In this document: piece by piece, positions 37,511 through 51,200 of the stretch
Layout of the letters: each line of letters begins with the position of its first letter
How positions within the stretch are numbered: position 1 is the stretch's first letter
From: Trypethelium eluteriae
Taxonomy: Eukaryota
Direction: 5' to 3'
NCBI GenBank assembly: GCA_051942245.1
Contig: JAVECL010000078.1
Span: 1 to 60,053, forward strand
Length of the DNA: 60,053 bases
Translations under genes and position numbers: made by a program
Notes under the pieces: generated by a model
The model's input: the letters and a program-made list of their open reading frames with translations, nothing else
The model's database searches: none
What the model was told of the DNA's origin: nothing

Positions 37511-39043
37511 CGCGAGAGAACTGAGAGTCTGACTGTCAAGGCAAATTTTGTTGCTGGCCGAGAGGTTGTATTCGCATGTGGAAGACGTAGGTGAACTTCA
37601 TGTGAAAATCCGTTGAATTTGTAGGACCATAGTCGTCCGAGCGACTGGACCTGCAGGCTTGACGTAACCAGGCATACAGCATAGCAGGGTGAGTAGCTTG
37701 CCCATGGACAAATGTTGATTAGGTAATGTTAGTAGGGCAAATGTGGCTCGAAATGAACAGTGAGCACTAGAAAGTCTTCATTTGTCGCCATGTTGATTCC
37801 CACACTATGATACTGAGTTTCATCTTTTCTTCCAAAGTGATCTTGGGAGAATATTCTGTAATGGACTGTAGGAATAAACTTGTGGGATTCAACGATAGCG
37901 CTGTGTATCGTGAACAAATGTAAGGAAGAGAAGCAAATGCCTACTGTATATGACATAATTCGAGCCACCAGACTGCGGGACCTACAGGAAGAGGGAGAGC
38001 TGGATTTGGTCATAGGATGCCTCGGTCCTTTGGTCGCGCCGCTTCACCTAGAGTCCTAGACAGTAGCGGTGACCTCGCGTGCATCGATTAGTCCAGCAAC
38101 CAACAGAACGGCCGTGTGAGGCGTCTGCAAGGCGTCAGCGCCCAAACCTGTTCAGTCAACAGCTGAATGAATTGGCCCAGCACCAGCTTCGCAACTACGC
38201 CCTCATTCTCTCGGCCACAAGAACAAAGCTGACCAGCCGAATCCATCGAACGTTTCATACCCGATGGAGGGTCGGGTCGGACGGATAAACGCGAAAGACC
38301 GTTGTCGCACGCAGAGCGCACGCGATGTTGTGAGTGGCACAAGTCGGGCCATTCCACGATGGCGTTGATGGCCAAATCGGGCCCCCACTAATAGACGCCT
38401 TACAAAGCTACTGTACCCTGCAACCGCAATCGGCTAAGTCTCTCTTGTCAACCCATCGAAAAACGTGCTTTCAGCTCCGTCTTCAACATCGCTGTTCGTG
38501 AGGCTCCATCATCCGTGTACGATACTTTCGGAAGATCTGTGAGGGTTTCTCAGCATTGAAGATGGGAGAAGATGAGACACACCCCGAAAGCGAAATGCCT
38601 TTGAGACAACTTTCCATGGGGTCCGGTAGCGATCTTACCCTGACCTCGTGGGCTTACGGGCGCTCCTGTGGTATGAGCTTGACCTTGCGAAGGAGCAGAG
38701 CTGGGGTTCTCGCACCGAGACTACTAGACCCAACAAACAAAGGAGGGTTTATTGTGCCGTACATGATGCACAACATTCAGGATGGGCGAGCCTACGTGCT
38801 TTGAGCACCCTTGCTCCACTTTCGCACGCTTATCCAGCACCCCTGCCCAGTCTGGTCTGGACAATGGCGACTAAGGGCATGCGGCTATACTAGGTAAATA
38901 CCCTATTGATGTCTTTTACACTCAGCCTTCCTTCTAGATTTCCAACGTCTGATGCGAGGGATGCGTCGATTTCGCTGTTCCTTTGTTCCTCCACCATCTC
39001 TAATCACCAAGTCATTATTCTCCTCTTTCACTGAATTGCAAGC

Positions 39044-40390
39044 ATGGCGCTTGACTCGGAAGAAGTTGGCATGATTGTCACCAATTCGATTTTCATTGGC
39101 CTGGCTTTCTTTGCCGTCGTGCTGAGGCTGTACGTGCGGAAGTCCCAGCAGATGGGGTTCAAAGCGGATGACTTCTTAATTATCGCGTCATGGGTGAAGC
39201 ACGCTATTGCATACTCCACATTTCTTTGCACTAACTTTCGCAATAGCTGATAGCGGCCGGATTGGCAACAAGCAACATCGTTGGCGTGCCAGTCGGTGGA
39301 TTCGGAGTACCCTTCCCACAACTGAGCGATGAGAAGGCTACACAGTTCTTGAAAGTGAGTAGAGTCCTTGCAAACGCTCAAAATCCTATCGGAAAGGGAA
39401 ACTTATATCTTACAGATACTATTTGTCCAACAATTCTGGTACATTTTTGCCGTTGCCTTCGTGAAATTCTCCGTGCTCTGTTTCTATGGCCGGATATTTA
39501 CTCAGCAACGCCGATATCCAGTTGTCGTTTTCGTCTTTCTCGGTATTGTCGGGGCATGGCTCGTTGCTTTCTTCTTTGCCACTCTCTTCCAGGTTTACCC
39601 AATTTGGTGCAACTGGACCTTTTGTCCCACGCCTCTCACAGACTATAGCCTCATGTATGCGCTATGTAGCGCTACTGATATCGCCATCGACATCTGCATC
39701 CTATGCATCCCGGTCTTCTTCATAAGGAAGCTGCATTTGAACAAGACGCAGAAGATTGGTTTGACTGGTATCTTCGGAATCGGTGTATTGTTAGTGCAAC
39801 TGTCATCTCATACAAAGGAGTGGAAGCTGACGCAAATTAGCTGTGTTGTTGCATCCACAGTCCGTCTGGCGTACACGGTAATTTTCATTCAAGCGGATCC
39901 AACATCTGACTTCGCCGCCGATTTTGGTCGTAAGTTGCTCTCGGTACCCTTGCACACTGGCCTTCTCATGACTCTTCCAGCCGCTATCGTCGCAACCATC
40001 ATGTGGTCTGGTATCGAAGCTTCTTCCTCTATCATCTGCGCCAACCTACCGACCTATTGGCCGCTTATTCGGAAATCCCGCTCGCTCACCTACCTGAAAA
40101 GCTCCTTTAAGAGTATGTTTTCCTCACGCGGCTCTCCACGCCACTCGGATAAGACCGGCTCGAAGGCTTCTGGCCCTTACAGTGGACCATACCAAAAGCA
40201 AAGTGCTGGGAAGGAAGGATCAAGTACGGAGCATATTGTCAGGACGGAAATCCAGTCTAGAAACCAAGACCCAATCAAGGGGCATGGTGCAACCTGGATG
40301 CGGCTAGGTGATGAAGGCAGCCGAGAACGAAGGGACATTGAAATGGGAGTGATCAGGGTAGACACAAGGATGAGTACCGGATCTGGATAA
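39044..40390 (+). CDS. PTH11-like integral membrane protein (fungal rhodopsin domain), multi-exon
   Basis: LRLYVRK...KADDFLI; VKFSVLCFYGRIF; TDIAIDICILCIPVFFIRKLHL; WSGIEASSSIICANLPT. Confidence 0.88.
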
Positions 40391-41371
40391 TGTCTCCACC
40401 TCTTTTTTTTCGAAATGTTCATGATTTTGCGAATGGTTGATTTGATTGACGACTTGTATCTTAATTCCAGCCCCAAGAGAAAGGCGCTTTCGACATGTTT
40501 ATACCATGCTAGGCTGGGAGCTGAACGGCACAGCGACAAATTCGATCAGGTGATGAACCGGGTCGTCACAGGACGGAATAGAGGACATCAAGAAAGGAGG
40601 CTATTGTATTGAATGAGGATGTCATGATCGAATGTTGCTATTATTGTCGAACACGAATTCTCTGATTGGACATCGTTTTCGAGGAGGCAAGCGACCGGAG
40701 TGTAAGAAAAGCGATCTGTACTGAGATTAATTCTGCCCTGGAGAAAGTCGCTTGAGAAAATGCCTCTGCAGCACGCTACGCCCCTCAATAACCTTGAAAC
40801 TTCCTCGATCGTTTGCAACTCTGGCAGACTACTTAATTCGGCAATCCTGTTGATTCGCCTTGGATACATGGGTCTGTATGTAGCATCTCGGGCTGCCTAC
40901 CTAAACGATATCCATGTAGAAGATGCTATCTTGAGGATCCGATTCCCCAGAGCGGTATCTCGATTCTTCCCTCAACAAAGGCCGGCAGAAGCACTGGGTG
41001 TGTCATCGTGTATCATTGAGTATCAAGAACAAACCTGAGGTAAAAAGTGCCAAGAAAGATGAGGAACCCAAGGTATGGTGACCTTCGACTACATGATAAA
41101 TCTCATAGGTCACCTGGCTAGCGAGAACAAGAACATACCGGAGTGTGAAATCAGATCACAAGCTTGGAAGTGACGAATGGCGACACTAGGTGTTCAAAAA
41201 AGTCTCCCACCTTCCTGTCTCAACCTTCTCCCATTCACCCTCCTGCATCAGACTATACAGCCGAACTCACAAGCCCAGAGGCACAATCCCATTTCAACCC
41301 CCATCGTCAGGTAAATATGGCTTACATCAATACTTTACCTCGTCATTCATAACTCATCAGCCTTCGGTATC

Positions 41372-41800
41372 ATGGCCCCACATCAACACGCGAGAGACCT
41401 TTCCCAGTATTCATCGAGGGACCTCGCTCGACTACGTGGAAAGAAGCGATCCAGCATCCAAATGCTCCGACGAGCCTGTCACACACGCCTCCTACTGGTC
41501 GGGCAACTCCTTGATTCAAACCCGCTAAAGATCGCCTTCTGCCACGAATGCAAGGAGTTCTGCTTCGCGAATGACCTTCGTCTGGGTGATCCAAATATGG
41601 GGGGCATCGCCGCGCTGGAGCTATTCACTAAAGAGCTGAAGGCGCTCTGGATGAAGTATGAGGAGATGAAGGAGGATCTCCCGGACGAATTGAAGAGATT
41701 GGTAACGGAGGAGAACAACTTTTTGGAGGTTGAGGAGCAACCACATGATGTGGAGGAGGAGCGAGCTTTCTCTGGAGAAGGGGACCAGGAAGAAAAGTGA
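41372..41800 (+). CDS. Small hypothetical protein (CxxC, acidic C-terminus)
   Basis: ORF with coding-like, purine-rich 3' half (FCHECKEFC...ELKALWMKYEEMKEDLP). No family recognised and the start is uncertain. Confidence 0.4.
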   Translation: MAPHQHARDLSQYSSRDLARLRGKKRSSIQMLRRACHTRLLLVGQLLDSNPLKIAFCHECKEFCFANDLRLGDPNMGGIAALELFTKELKALWMKYEEMKEDLPDELKRLVTEENNFLEVEEQPHDVEEERAFSGEGDQEEK

Positions 41801-42057
41801 GACATTGGGAGGAGAAGCACCGAGGTCCGGCCTAATCAAGGAGATGCGCTGTCAACCATGGGGTTTATTCAGACCTGAAAATATACATGAAGCAGACAGT
41901 AATTAACCCTGCTACTATACTGGAATTTGGTCCATTGTGTAAACGATCTCGATATCATTCCCCCCGACTCACTTAGTGTGTTGAATGTTGGGGTTGTCCC
42001 CACTTTGTCACGGTATCTTGCTCACGTATTCATCGCATTCTTCTTCGCTAGGGTAGA

Positions 42058-42095
42058 CCTCCCTTCTGAGATTCAGCCTCCCTTCTGAGATTCAG
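42058..42095. repeat. Perfect 19-bp tandem duplication CCTCCCTTCTGAGATTCAG x2
   Basis: Read directly: 42058-42076 is identical to 42077-42095. Confidence 0.9.
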
Positions 42096-42261
42096 GAGCT
42101 ACTCGTACCTAAGCTGAACAAACGAGTCCAATCTGCTGGGGAACTCCGGAGAAGTTGCGGCACTCCTCAATCGAGGGAAGTGGAGTTGAATCCGGATGAT
42201 CTATAGATAAAATTTTTGCCCCTGTCGTGCCTACTGCTTCTGCGATACTGAGGGTATTTTC

Positions 42262-43390
42262 GCGCGTTTTATAATCAGGTTGCTTTATCTGGAATACCTA
42301 CGCAGCCTTGGATCTCATTCTAAAATAGCTTGAAGCCACCAAGGACACAGCTCTGGAAAACGCCGTCTTTGTTGTACTTCATACTGACTTTATATAGGAA
42401 CTTTTTTCATGTTTCCACCATTCCATGATTCGTCGTCAAAGACTGCCAGGCCTCTTGAATGTATTGGAGATATAGATATCCTGTCTGCGCATTCTCTACT
42501 GAAGCAGCCTGTTGATGGCAGCATCAACTTCAAGAGAAGAGTTCTCAATATACGCCATATCTTTCAGGGCGCTGGACATTCTTGTGAACTGGGAAATTGT
42601 GATTGAGCTCTACTTTTCGCAAATAGCCCATACGGCCCCTTTCAAGAACAGCGACTTGGAAACGATAGTAGGAGTAATCGGCTCAAGATTTACAGAGTAA
42701 CGTATTTTGGAAAAATATCTTGTAAATTTGTAAGGATCCTTATCAGAGATCATAAATTTGAGTGAGTGGCGTTTGTTGAAAGTAAAACGGCGTCACGACC
42801 TTTATTTGGTTGCAGGTAGATCAGCACAGGCTTCACACAAAGAGTGTGGCCAGTTGTCAGAGGCAATCTCCATTGAATCTATCTTGGTGAAGTGTAGAAT
42901 CGGCTCGACTCAGCTCGCGGAATATGTTGATGTAGATTAGGTCCACTTTGGTAGAAAGTCTTGGTGCAGCTGGCTCTTCGTTCGGCTTGTTTAAATAATG
43001 TAGTTTTTAAGTCTTCGTTCAGCTCAATCGAATTCGCGTTTTGGATATTAACCACGATCCCATCCAACTAATTAACCTTGTTGAGAAGCAATTAATGACC
43101 CCGTTGGTGCACGACAAACTTGATGATGCCGATGCCTTGAGTCTGATGCACGTTGATAATTGAAGAAATGATGTACAAATCTCCGATACGTTGTAGGAAT
43201 CTCCGATAGGTCCACAGGACGTACCAGTGTATTGTACCATGTATGCAGATTTGACCCGATTTTCCTAAGCTAAGAGCTATAAGCCCAGAGACTCGACGTA
43301 TTCAGCATCTCCAGGAGGGAAAACTTTCCCAAGGGAGGCATTTGGCAAGACATAAATAGTGCCGCCCGTTTGCGAGAGCATAAATGCTCG
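42262..43390 (-). pseudogene. Heavily decayed FAD-binding (BBE-like/AA7-type) oxidoreductase
   Basis: Collinear fragments in different frames: GKVFPPGDAEYVESL; DGIVVNIQNANSIELNEDLKTT; YSVNLEPITPTIVSKS; terminal VFQIKQPDYK. Many stops. Confidence 0.5.
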
Positions 43391-43559
43391 AAACCTTGAT
43401 ATGTTGCTCTTTTGTGATAGAATTTCTAACCATTTGTTAGATGCACGATCCTTAATATTGATATCGTCCAACTGCAATTCTATATGCTGAGGCTATTGTC
43501 TCGTTAGGTCTTCGCTTAGATTACCTTTTGACTCAGCTTGAAAGTCGTTCTCAAACAGT

Positions 43560-44790
43560 ATCACTGCGCGGTCGACCATATGCTAATGATAAGCGTCATT
43601 AGCATTGACCCTACTAATCTAATCAACGTCAATTTCTTCAGTTTGCGGAGTTTGTGGAGCGATAGCTGCATTCTTGTTACAGGCGTTCTCGTCTGGCAAT
43701 AGCGTTCAAATCCGTGATTCCTGTACCTTTTTGTGAAGGAAGTCTGAGACCGACCGGACCTTGTAAATAAGAGACCTGTCATATGCGCAATGAGACATCA
43801 TCTTGCTTGGCCAAAGTGCGACATAGATTTCCATGGATACTTGAAGTAGTAGTACCCAGCATGCCAGTGACGACTGTTACGCCAACTAGCGCAAGCTCGA
43901 GCCCTAAAGATTCGCTGAGGACGGTAACGAGGGTTTTGAGGAATCGTAGGCACCTGGGGAAGGCTGGGATAATTTAAGCATTAGCAGTGTTCTTACGAAG
44001 CTCAACAACGGTACATGTAGTGACTGAACTAGATCCAGCTGAGTGAGATTTGATAGTAGAGAGAAGGATACCGATTTTGTTTTCGATTGAGCTTTCACAG
44101 ATCACCCCAAGACATCGCTAAGATCCCTCCTATACTACTTATATCCATCAGCGTTCCTTTCACAGCGATCAAGAGAGGTACGATTGTATGAGCCACCGCC
44201 AAAAGTCCCCAAAAATTCACATCATCGAGGCTCTTTGCTGTAGCAAGGTCGATATCTAGTAATGGTATTGTGGTCTAGCATATTCAATCCCAGCATAACT
44301 GACGAGAACGCCAAGCTTTCCATCAGGTGAACGCTCCTGAGGCTCGAGAACGTTCTGCCGAAGGATGAGTTTGTAGGGCTGAGTGATAGAATGGAAAACG
44401 CATCTTGATCCCCGAGGAGTTTTATTGCACAATTAATCGATATACTATTAGACTCTCAGATTGATGAATGTAGCAGCGGCTGTGACGGATGGAGTGGAAA
44501 ATAATGTTAAGAACTGTTCAGCAAGAAAACTAGGATAGCTTGGTACGTATAGTTGTGCGACTATTGCGGGAGTCCCTTAGCTGTGACTTCCGAGACGCTT
44601 TTCCTCCCCTTGACCTTGACGTGGATCCAATGTGAAGAGTGTGCGATAGATTTGGTTTGTCTAACACGCCGCGGAGAAAGTGCTGCCATTAATAATTTCT
44701 TTTCAGCAATTGGAGGAAGAGGCTATCCGTACTCACAGCTCATATCTTAGCGAGCCATGGAGTTCTTCGGAAAACACGTTCTACAGTCAA
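43560..44790 (-). pseudogene. Short-chain dehydrogenase/reductase (Ayr1-like) pseudogene
   Basis: Fragments DGKLGVLVSYAG (NNAG region), PLLDIDLATAKSLDDVNFWGLLAV...KGTLMDISSIGG, catalytic GAYDSSK and SESLGLELALVGVTVVTGMLG, separated by frameshifts. Outer limits are approximate. Confidence 0.75.
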
Positions 44791-47700
44791 GCAAATATGT
44801 CGCTTCAGTGTCATAAGAGTCGTCACGGTCGGATCTAAAGAAATGCGAGGGATGAATGTGATTGTCGGATTGAGCGGTTGTTGGCGTCGTCGGTGGATCT
44901 GCCAGAAAGGCGTGTTCATTTCCTCTCAAAGCAAATGGTAACTTCCTCCAAAGAAGAGTACCTACAAACCAACCCCAACATATATCTGTTGGAGCAGCTT
45001 TTCGAAGATCTCGACTTAGTTGACTATTTGTGTGGGAAGCAAGACCAGATGAGCGGTCGGTGCGCTCGTGTCGGAAGCGGAAAATCGCAATGCAACTAGT
45101 TCTAATCCTGATTCGGAATATTACGCTTTGAACAACGTTATTTCGTAGCTTCTGGATCAGTATATCCCCGCGACGAGGGCTGCTGAGGCACTCTGTGAAT
45201 TGCGAAAGGATCTGGCCTTGGAGTGGCATATGACTATGGCAGCAACCTCAAGCCGTCAATTGTGAACTGCTTTGTTTGCTATTGCTTTCATGAGCCCCAA
45301 AGTCTTAGCTGAGATGACTTAGACAGTCTCCTGCGAAATTGCTTTGATGGATGGGCTATCAGCTGCTAGGCTCTCTTCGATTCCCGGAGTCATTCAACCC
45401 TCTAGCTCTAATGTCCCTCCAATGCGATGCTAGCTCGCCACGCTCCGCAGTCACCAAGAGAAGCTTGAAGATACTGTTGAGAATGTCACTGGGACCTGGT
45501 CGCATGCATTGGTGTTGCTCTCCTTTTTTTCATTTCGCATATCTGTCCATGTCCCTACCTAAGGCCTGGCCTATTATCATGCGCGACGTGTGAATAAGTC
45601 TTGAGCAAATACCCTGCGCGAATCAAATCCAATGGCATTATCCCTGAGTGAGCTGGCATCACTGTAACCGAGAGCCTTATGCAATGGTGCACAGGAGCCA
45701 GCATGGATAAAGCAAGTTTGATATTATCCATAAACAGTGCATTGCGGCTTTTCCCCTCTAATTTCCATTAAAATCGACGAGCTGAGTATCTTTCACCTCG
45801 ACTAGATTAGACACACGTTGAGTTCGAGCTTCTTGCGTAGTGTCTGTGTATCTCTTCCTGAACTTGGCCTGAATTCGTCATATGCTGATGGTCATGAGTT
45901 ATCGCTGCCTTGCTAATGCAAAGTATTCTCATCTGGTTGCTCGAGGTCATGTGGGGGAAACGTATAAGGCAGGGACAGATGGGAGCTACTGCAGGTATTA
46001 ACAAGAGAAGACAGCTATTATTCCTAGCGGACTTTGAATTTGACGGCTACATGCCGAAGTAAGAGTAGGACTTCAGAGACCTACGCGTAACTCAATGGGA
46101 CGATAGCCTAAAGATCAGCGAGGCCATCAAGAAGGCTAAGTGACCTGGAGACATTAGTGCCGACATTTTCTTTGGGCAGACACAAGAAGTTTGCTATGCC
46201 TCGCTCGGTTCCTTCGAAAGTGGTGCTAGGCACGGCTCGATAAATTGCGCTTGGTGACTTGACCTAGGTCGAGGAGAAGCAAGAAGATGAGCAAAGTGTC
46301 TAAGGCTTCGCAGCGACAAGGAAAGCACTGCGAAGGAACGGAGATTAGCGACGCGATTGAAATAGCGCAGAACTATTAGGGTTGATCGCCAAACACGATC
46401 TAGAATAGTCAGGGATGTGCTTGAGAGGACTGAGAATTATTGGGTGGAGATTACCTTAGGGTGTTAGGTCTGAGGACAGCAATGCATCCTCCCATCGGGG
46501 CATTCGGGATTCGGGTTTTCCACGCACCTACATACTAGGTAGAGATACGATTTTGCATGTTAGCGGGATCTTGTTTCGGAGCGGGAACCGGTCACGGCTG
46601 ATCTACGCGTTTGATCCTCCTTGCTTGATCAGGGAAATTATACTTAGTGAGGGGTTGACACCTGGGGCCAGTGCTCCTTTTGTATACGGGAGCCAAATGG
46701 TTCTCGGCCCAGCAACAGCAAGGGTGCAACGAGCTGAACCTCAATGCTGTTCGTGGTCGTGCTGGAGATGGACAGGGCTGTCTTCCAAGGGAAGAGCCAC
46801 GGGTCGGCGAAAGATTTCATGGCTTGCAGGTTTTTACCCACAACTTCTCCGTATGCCACCCACACTCTGGCGTGTCCGGCCACACAGAGGGTTACCGCGT
46901 GTCGTGCTGGTCCCTTTTAGATGCAGCAAGGGTCCAGCCACGGTAGCGAGATGGCTTGTCGATCCGAGATTGGTCTATTCCAGTTTGGCTCATTCAGCTC
47001 TTGCGTGGACGCCACGAGCGGCCTCGCCTCGACCAACTCGTCTCACTTCGACTTTTGAACGTCAATCGTTGCTCCATTCTATCACCCCCACTCTCCAAAA
47101 GGGCGACTGCTCTCTCCGCCCCTCTGTGACGGCATTGCATATTCTCAGCGGCGCGAGGATACACCGACAGGTGAATTGGATCCAGTGGCGGTACCCAATT
47201 GAACGGTCCGGGCCGGTCTATCTTCAAGGGAGAAGCTTCGTATATCTTGGATAGGCCAATCGCTTGGACGTCCGTCACCTTCGAAAGACCCATACAGTCC
47301 CATATTGGCATAGCCATGATTCACACAATCTGTCATGCGTGCCGGGTGTGTTCTTCAAACATGGTTCATCGTCCAATTGCCTTCTCATTCAGAGCACCCA
47401 ATTTTCCGAATTTGAAATAACATTCGTCTCCTCTTCCTCCCGTCGTTCCTGTCGATCAGTCATGTTCCGTATTCCTCCATAGTCTGCAGCGCTTCAGGCC
47501 AAGTCTTGTCCATAGGCCGGCCTTGGAATGCATGCTGTGGCCATTGTGGTTTTCATTCGCCTATGCAACCTCTTGCGGGGTCCGATATTCATGACGCGCC
47601 TCTAATGCGCGCATCAAAATGGACCCATCACTACCTGAAGGAGGTCCACTCGCTTCAACCGGGGTTGTAGGGCGATGATTTGCTCAGGTTTACCAATAAA

Positions 47701-48291
47701 TGTTTTTTCTCAGGGTTAAGCATCTATGCTCGAGGGTGCCGCAGACATCTGATGCAGGAGAATTCCGTAGACCCGCTACTTTTGCACGTATGGAGGACAT
47801 CTAGGCCCACCGAGGTCCACAGAACCACGCCACAACCTCTCCTAGTATGCGACATCTCTTTCGGGCGGTATCTCCGGATATACGGGGACCCCTTGGACCT
47901 GGACTCCTATGTCTAATCTGCAATGGGTAAAGATTGCTCTATTTGATACGAGCGGGGACTACCTACAGACAGTCTCCTAACGTATCAGGAGCAGAAGGAA
48001 AAGGCAACAAGAAACCTATATATTCTTCAAATCTCCTCAAGCCAAAGACAGATATTTTTGGTTACTTTTGCCCACCTATCTCCTACGTCGCGACGACAGC
48101 CAACTCTATGCTCCATAAGAGCATGTAAGCATGCTTGGCTTGCGTAAAAATCCTTTGAGTGAGTTTACATATTTTTACATCATCATCTAAACTTCAGTCT
48201 GACAACTGCAGGTCGCCGAAACCGCCAATCTCTTAATAATTCTTCAAGCTCAGCCAAGAACTCCGAGGAGTCTCTAGTCAGCAATCAGACC

Positions 48292-51200
48292 ATGGAGTCA
48301 CCTATTAGTCGACAAAGTTCACACACCAGTACACCAACCAAGCCAGATGTTGCTGTCGCAGTCAATGAGGTCAATGTTAGTGACTCCGACGGAAGCAGCC
48401 AGTATGCTGAGGCTCAAACCATTACCCAGCAGCCCGCCATCACCCGGAAACAGACCGTGACGCGAACAAGCTCCATTCAATTCACCCGGGTTGTAGAAAC
48501 CACCCGTTCGATACGCCGTCGTATCATTCAAGAACTCGATGATGTCGATGACCAATACTTTGACGTGACTGACCACGAATCCTATGTCGAGTTCATTTCC
48601 AATGAGCGTCTAATCCACATGCCCCGCAAAGGTACTGAATGGGACCAGGTTCTCAAAGCTGCTGAATTCTTTGGTGAACAGATTTGCGCCTTCGGTGCTC
48701 ATGTCTCGCATTTTGTGCCTGAGAATAGGTATGTGTCTGATACCGCCCTGAGCAGTTGTTGGATGCTCCTTGAGCTCGGTCACAACAACGCAGCGGCTTT
48801 ACATACCACTTTCGATGCCTTTTCTGAATTTGGTCTTCTCCTGTCACAGTCGCTGCAGAGGCGGGAGATGTTTGATGCTACGCGAGAGATCCAAGAGGAT
48901 CTGAGCGACATCTTTGCGAGCCTTGTACATCTTGTCGGTGAGATTGCAATCTATTATAGGACCCGGATAAGCCGGATGTCAAGCCTTCAGACTGTTTCAA
49001 TCGACTTCCATTCTGCTTTTGGTAAATCTATTGATGGAATCTGGCGGAAGAAGCAGCATCTTTGGAACCATTTGTGGGCCTCTAAACTTGGCAACAAGCA
49101 GGACGCATACAGTATCGAACAGATACGTCGCAACCTTGGTCCCATCGACAAATCTGCGGAGGCCTTGCTTTATGGTCGCTTAGCTGATAAAGCTGATCGT
49201 GCCCAAGGCACTTGCGAATGGATCCAAGGTCATCTGCTCAACTTTCTCCGTGACGATGAGAAGACGTTTTCCATCACCGGTGCTTCTGGCTGTGGGAAGA
49301 GCATGCTTGCTACTTACATGAAGGAGAGGCTACGACGACCAATTGGGCGTGTCTCTTACGAAACTCTTTCTCATACCTTTGCCAACGATGCACGGTCAGA
49401 AGCCACCCCAATCGCCTTTCTCAAAAGTATGCTTTCCCAACTCCTTGAGCGCAATGTTGGCGACCTTCAACTGTATGAATCCCTTGTCAAGGCATTCCAG
49501 GGCCATCCAACAACTGCCAAGCTTGAATCATCTCTATGGGAGGCCTTCCAAGTTGGACTCAGAGCCGTGCAAGATCAGAAGTCCAACATAATAATTATTG
49601 TCGACGGGCTTGACGAAGTCGTCGGACATGAAGCGGCCATACATTTGCACAAGCGCCTTCATGAATGCGTTAATCGGTTCGATCGAGTGCGCGCCGTTAC
49701 ATTGTCCAAGCCGATCTCACATCTAGGTCTCGCAGGATGCAGGCACCTTGTCATCACACCAGATCATAATGAGCGTGACATCACTACCCATCTTCATGAA
49801 ACGCTCGCACAGCACCAGCACTTTCAGTCACAAGCTCACGCGGCTCAACATGAATTTGTCGAAAAGTTGGTAAAGAAGGCTAAAGGTTCTTTCCTCTGGG
49901 CGTATCTTGTCGGCATTCTGCTTGGAAGAGAGAGTTCCCATGATAGCTATTCCAAGCTCGGCCACGACATTCATAGTGGTGTTCATGAGGTTCTTCACAA
50001 AGTCGTTGGACATGTTGACTTGAAAAACGGCACAACAAGGCACATGTTTGAATTTATGCTCGCAGCTCACAGACCCTTGACTGTCGGCGAAATGGAAGAG
50101 ATACTCAGTACTGATTTGCAGCATCATACGTTTGTTTCCGCTGTGAACATCCGTAAGCACATTGCGACCCACTGCTTTGGTCTTGTTATCGTACGGAATG
50201 GATTGATTCGCTTCAAGCATTCAGCAATCCGCGGATTTTTCCTGAACGAGGTGTGCGGCAAGGCTCTGGTCTCACTTGCTACTGCTCATACAGAGCTTAC
50301 ACAGCGCCTGCTTTTCTATGTCAAATACAATATCACTGCCAGCGATGAACCGTCGTTTGAGATTCCCAGTCCTTACGTTCTGGAGGAAACCTTTGGCAAA
50401 TATTCGCTTCTGGAGTATATTGTCCGAAACTGGATAGGTCACTTCCGCTCGTCAACCCTCTGCGGCCACAATGGCGAGATCAAGCTAACTTCTACGTTCA
50501 AAGACATTTTCCCCCAGTCTCCATATCTCGGATTACTTGAATGGTCTTGCTGGCAGCAACAGTGGTCTGTATCTGAGACGATTGAACATCATCACTTGAC
50601 ACTCCAGATCCGCAAGGCCTGTTTCGGTGAAAAGCATCGAGCTGTCATGCAATCAACGATCATCATGGGCTCTATTCATCGTTCTGTGTCCAGCCTAATT
50701 AAAGCCGCGGAATATTTCTATCACGCCTCCATCATCGGCCAGGTCATCCTCCATAAGTTCAGCACCGTTGTTGTCACTTCCACGAATTACTTCCTGTCGT
50801 GTACCGAGACTATTGAGATTACCAAGCGAACAGAGATTGTAACTTACCGCGAGACGATGATTCGATTCAAAATCGAGATTTGCAAGGCCAAGCATGGCGC
50901 ATCTAGCGATCAAGTTATCAAATGGTATGAAGTTCTTTGCAAGCTCTACATCGACATCAAAGAGGAGCACAAGGCGACTGCCCTCTACAAAGAGTTGTAC
51001 CAGATCATTGTCGTGCGATATGGCAAGAATCACGGCAAAGCTCGCAAGATCTCAGAGACGATAGGCGGCATGTCCATCGTGCTGAAAGGAGGGTCGGACG
51101 AAGAGATGAAAGAGTATGATGACTTGATTTTTGTCGCTTCCGAAGACATGGAAGAGACTGACCAGCTCCGCATCTCTATCATTCTTCGGAGGTGCCAAAA

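Noticed and set aside
19674..40390. The two PTH11-like genes as a recent duplication flanking a mobile block
   Set aside because: They share only family-level motifs and no visible nucleotide identity; this family is large and dispersed in these fungi.
46553..47480. Overlapping ORFs of 233, 107 and 91 aa
   Set aside because: No recognisable motifs, mostly non-ATG starts and Arg/Ser/Pro-rich composition. More likely non-coding upstream sequence.
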